Source of the DNA: Blastocystis sp. subtype 4
Taxonomy: Eukaryota
Reading direction: 5' to 3'
Assembly: GCF_000743755.1 (NCBI RefSeq)
Contig: NW_014569516.1
Location: forward strand, 1-55,465
Length of the DNA: 55,465 nucleotides
Shown in pieces: positions 51,450 to 55,465 of the stretch. How positions within the stretch are numbered: the stretch's first letter is position 1; each line of letters opens with the position of its first letter. The translations under genes were made by a program, and so were the position numbers. Below the pieces are notes generated by a model, which was not told the origin of the DNA, ran no database searches, and saw only the letters and a program-made list of their open reading frames with translations.

Positions 51450-52100
51450 ATGAATAGTCTATTTGTTTTCTTTCTATTTCTTGTCACATTTGCTGACAAC
51501 TCAGTGGTTTTGACAGAGGAAGAAGTGAATTCGTTGGTCGAGTCTCACAGTCCTGCTTCTTTCCAGGGTATATTCTATGGATTCTACTAAATGAGATAGG
51601 TTCAGCTACACTTCTTCCTCTTCTTCATGAGTGTTACTATCACACCAATAATAAGAATACGTACTATATCTGTCCCTTTAGATATGTAATTCAAGTTAAT
51701 AATATGAATCCGACTATGCGATCCGTAATGGGGTAGTAGTTGAAGAGATCGTTTGACTAGTAGGTTTTTCTCCGAAATTGTTGGAGATCCTTTCAGTAAC
51801 GAGAAGATTCAGTCCCACTATACGGAGGGCTCACAATGTCCGGGTCATCTGTTGGCAAATAGTCAACTAACGATTGACTGTGATCAAGAAACGAATGGTA
51901 TATTCGAAGTTATATCGATTCGTGAAGATGGTCCCTGTTCTGTTGCCATTGAAGCTCGTTCTCCTCTAGTGTGTACTATAAGTCCTAATCGGAAACTCTC
52001 TCCTGAGGAACGCGAACAGTTGATTGAACAAGCCTATTCTACTTTAAGTCAAATCCGGGATGGTATTGATAACATTCAAATGCTTTTAGAGAATTTGTGA
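51450..52100 (+). CDS. Secreted MRH-domain protein (GNPTG / glucosidase II beta / OS-9 family)
   Basis: Signal peptide; CY...YYICPF..V.Q, YTEGSQC, IDC, E..PC, SPLVC cysteine pattern. Confidence 0.7.
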
Positions 52101-52137
52101 ACTGTTTATTAAATCAATGCTATATCGCACAAACAGT

Positions 52138-53286
52138 TCACTTACGCTTATGCAAAATCTTTAAGATTGCTTTATCAACTTTTATTAGGGCCTTAACCAT
52201 TTCAGGTTTTGCTAACAATGCCAATCGTTCTGGTGTACACACTTCTCCCAGAAGACCTGGTTTCGAGCTCGCAATTAGTTTATACATGGGTGTATGTTTC
52301 ATAAAACTCATCACAATATCAGGACGATGGGCGATAATCTGACATAAGAGGGCAATGTGATCTAATCTTAATACAATCTCCAGTTCCAACCATCACGACA
52401 ATGACGCTCCGATGTAGTGGAAGGATTCGTCGCCCATGGATTAATCTGACCCGGGTTCTGAACATCCCACTGAATCGGTATTCCAGTATCCTTCTCAGTT
52501 GATTTTATTTCTTCTGTCTGCAATCAAAACGACCCAATGATTCCTACTAAGGATCCTTTAAACTCTAACTTCTTTCCTATTCCCTTCTCCAGTTTCTGCA
52601 GAATCATTGCCTTGAAATTGTGGAGATTGCTGTAATTACTCGAATTTGAAAGAATGTCAATTAAGTCGCGCAATTGAGTATCATTATCGATAAATGTCTT
52701 TAGACCAGGATTCACACTAATAATGTTTTGAATCATGGAATTTGAAAGGAGCAGTTTCCGAACAAAAGTCAAATCTGACAAGATGTCCTGAAATAACGGC
52801 GTCTGAATAGCGGAAGCAACAATTGAAGGATCATCTTCCAGTGTCTTCGCTATATCATCGATAGAAACCGACATCGGCTCCTTTGGCTGACAAGACTGGA
52901 TCACATCCCCAAAAATGTGAACAAATAGTGATGATGTAATAGACTCTCCATAGTCTTCTTCATTATGCGAAGAAGGGGGATCTTTTGCCACTGTACATTC
53001 AGCAGATACCGAAGTTGATGGACTTAATTCGTCTTTTGGATGTTCTAAAACAAGCACATGCAGAATTGAGCCGTCTTCGATTCCTATATAGTAAGTGTTA
53101 CACCAAATACAAACGATAGTCAGCTAACCGTTTTTGCCTGCTTAGAAGTTGACCCCGATATATAAGCAGAATAGATGAATACTCCTCTCCAAAAATAGAA
53201 GCGACTTTCTTCGTCGCAACATCAACTGGATCATTCGCTCTTATCTGTGGGGCTTCAACAGGTGTTCCGGAAAGACAGAGCTTCAT
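52138..53286 (-). CDS. Ubiquitin-like plus STI1-like protein (ubiquilin-related, no obvious UBA)
   Basis: LIYRGQLL..LADYGIEDGSILHV; LLSNSMIQNIISVNPGL. Confidence 0.65.
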
Positions 53287-53415
53287 GGGAGCCGTTTTTA
53301 AGGTGTACGGAATGAAGTATTTCCCGCGGGAATAATATGAAGTGTCAAAGTTGTCATTATAGTGGACGTACAGACGAATTATGGATCCAACAAACATCAT
53401 GGGGCTAAATACAGC

Positions 53416-54414
53416 TTATTCGTTGTAACATTTTCTTTCAGTTAGGATACGCATTCGTTTCATTAGCAAACGGACGTCTTCATGTATATCAACATATGAT
53501 TGCATTGTTTCTACACCCCAATGAGGAGATGGAGTCGTTTGAAACCAGTTAAAGTCTCTAACTTGGTTATATTGATTCTTCATTTCTTCCCATTTCATAG
53601 GAATGATGTCTAGATTTTCCGAAACATCCTTTATTAAATTGGAAAACATAAGATGATTGCAATGTTCTATGACTGGGTGGTTGGGAATGTTCAAAGAGAG
53701 GAGGCAATTCTCTGAGTCATGGACACGGAATTGAGTACAAGAGACCATGATGACAGAGTTCGTGATTCGATGAGCCAAAACACTTCCCTCAACATGACTA
53801 ACAAACACGACTGATGAATCGATATCCGAGAGATGGACGCTCTTCTTTGGCTTATCACTATAGTGAACCCATGTAGATTATATATACATGAAAATAACTG
53901 AAGAATGGATGGCATGAAGGTGAATCACATCCTCCTCACTCTGGAGAACAATATCTTTCCCTTCAATTTCATTTAATGTGTAATTTATATTCGTTTCAAC
54001 AGTTTGGGTTGGAGTAGGTAGCACCTTGAGTTTGGAAGTAGGTCGCTGTGTTCGTGTCATCCCAAAAGTAGGCCTCTTTGACATAAAATGCTTGGATATT
54101 ACGCTTTCCACCGCTTTCATTTCCTATACTTCAGATCCTGACGAATTCATACCTCATTCAACTTTTCTGCATCATAACGCGATAACGTATCTTTGCTACT
54201 AGTGAATGCAGAGCAAAATTGCCTTAATTTAGAACGCGCTTCCTCTTGGTTATCCGAATCGCCTAATCCGATAGAAAGAGATTCTACTTTTGAGGAAATG
54301 TAATCTTTTCTTACCCTGAAGATAGGAATAAAGTTGAAAAAGGAGGGTTTCTTCTGGAGTTGTCTGCTTGGAGTATCGTTCACAGATTTGATCAATATGT
54401 TTTTTCAGCTCCAT
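53416..54414 (-). CDS. TBCC: Tubulin-binding cofactor C
   Basis: VEGSV, CTQFRVHDS, PVIEHC, NQYNQVRDFNW..TPSPHW. Confidence 0.85.
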
Positions 54415-54604
54415 AGATTGGAGACCACGAATTGAGTCAATGAGCTAATGATTGTGTGAAGTTGAATTCTCGATTTCAGGGATATCCTCAACACTAAAGA
54501 GTCAAAACCCGAATTCACAGCAACAACAGGTTGATCTATCCTTCTCGGCAGCATATGCCCAATTGGCGTAGTTGACCCATTTCTTTAATCCAACTCCCAT
54601 TCCA

Positions 54605-55338
54605 ATGGTTGCTCACGGATCAAAATCTGGTTCATCACAAAAGACAAATGAGAAATGTTTGATATTATTCTTGGTTCTCATTGACTAGCGGCTGTCAAAT
54701 TGAATGCTGAGAGAGGATATAGGTATCGAGGAACCGTTAGAGTTGATTCTAATAGTCTTTTTTCATTTGTAGGTACCTGCCTATTGGACAATGCCTGAAC
54801 AATGTGTTTTGAAGCATGAAGTCATTAAACGGGTTCTGGTAAGGTGGTTATTAAAATAACAAGTCATAAATAGGTGGAATTATTGTATGAAGTGGCCAGA
54901 TGACTCAACTACCCCTCAAAATATATTAGAAGAACGCGAAAAGTTGCGAGTATGAATTGCTTGACATTCTGTGACTTGTAGAATGACCCTACTCAAATGG
55001 AAATGCCTGGATATCCTGGTATCTTCCTTTGTGTACATGGAGAGGGACTGGGAAAAGTAACGGATACACGAGATATGTCAAAAGCTCCCACAGTAAGGAA
55101 TCTGTTGAAGTACAACTGTCACCAACTAAAGAGTCTTTGGATAACTGCTTTAAAAGAGCAGATGAAGGCATTGGAGGAGGCAGAAGGTGAGAATGCTGTG
55201 ACAATGCCCTATCTCCAACATGAACTGGAAATAGCGAATCAATTTGATGCTGCTGCTGGTGATAAGAACTTTGCAAAGAACAAAAATGCTCCTTTCATTT
55301 CCTGTGTTTGTAGCAAGAACTCTAACAAACAGTTGTAG
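54605..55338 (+). CDS. Hypothetical protein (may end at 55300 by a poly(A)-completed stop)
   Basis: Exons joined by ~30-nt introns (RWNYCMKWP, EMPGYPGIF, DTRDMSKAPT); family not recognised. Confidence 0.55.
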
Positions 55339-55359
55339 CAGGCTTGTATTTGAAACCTT

Positions 55360-55465
55360 TCAATCCCTAAACTCTAATCCCTCAAACTTCATCATTCCTG
55401 GAATCTCTGTCTCTTCCATCAAGATCTTTCCATTCACATCAAATACTGTGATGTATGTATTCTGA
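55360..55465 (-). CDS. CANT1: 3' end of a calcium-activated nucleotidase (CANT1-type apyrase), partial
   Basis: TYITVFDVNGKILMEETEIPGMMKFEGLEFRD* resembles the CANT1 C-terminal KYEGIEF motif; TGTTTGTT at 55324-55331 (- strand). Confidence 0.75.
   Translation of the reverse strand, partial: QNTYITVFDVNGKILMEETEIPGMMKFEGLEFRD

Noticed and set aside
53800..53807. TGTTTGTT inside the TBCC coding region
   Set aside because: Conserved TBCC motifs continue downstream, so the motif alone does not mark a gene end.

Overview
Gene-dense eukaryotic nuclear DNA. About 30 protein-coding genes are split by very short (mostly 28-33 nt) GT-AG introns, intergenic gaps are often under 200 nt, and a TGTTTGTT-type motif sits just past most gene ends. 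This combination matches what is known of Blastocystis (an anaerobic gut stramenopile); the assignment is inferred, not searched. The ORF track is fragmented by introns, so I spliced the gene models by hand. Recognisable genes: prolidase, dCTP pyrophosphatase, Rpn8, LST8, a Rab, eIF5, importin-11-like, a bromodomain protein, two tandem NAA40-like acetyltransferases, Tat-SF1, kinesin-4, an SSS choline-type transporter, an MTAP/PNP-family enzyme, SNRNP40, SHOC1-like, M18BP1/KNL2-like, an AGPAT/LCLAT acyltransferase, RPL38, RPL35A, KNL1-like, a CE4 deacetylase with a CBM2-like domain, AMPK/SNF1, a long-chain acyl-CoA synthetase, an EST1+NYN nuclease, ABHD17-like, a sirtuin, an MRH-domain protein, ubiquilin-like, TBCC and the 3' end of a CANT1-type apyrase. 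Main signals: (i) stop codons apparently completed by polyadenylation at a fixed 4-nt spacing from TGTTTGTT; (ii) ultra-short minor-spliceosome (U12-type) introns, one AT-AC and one AT-AG; (iii) a probable GT-GG intron; (iv) a protein with 19 SDDDWxxTP repeats; (v) divergent meiosis and kinetochore genes. No rRNA, tRNA, CRISPR array or mobile element was recognised.
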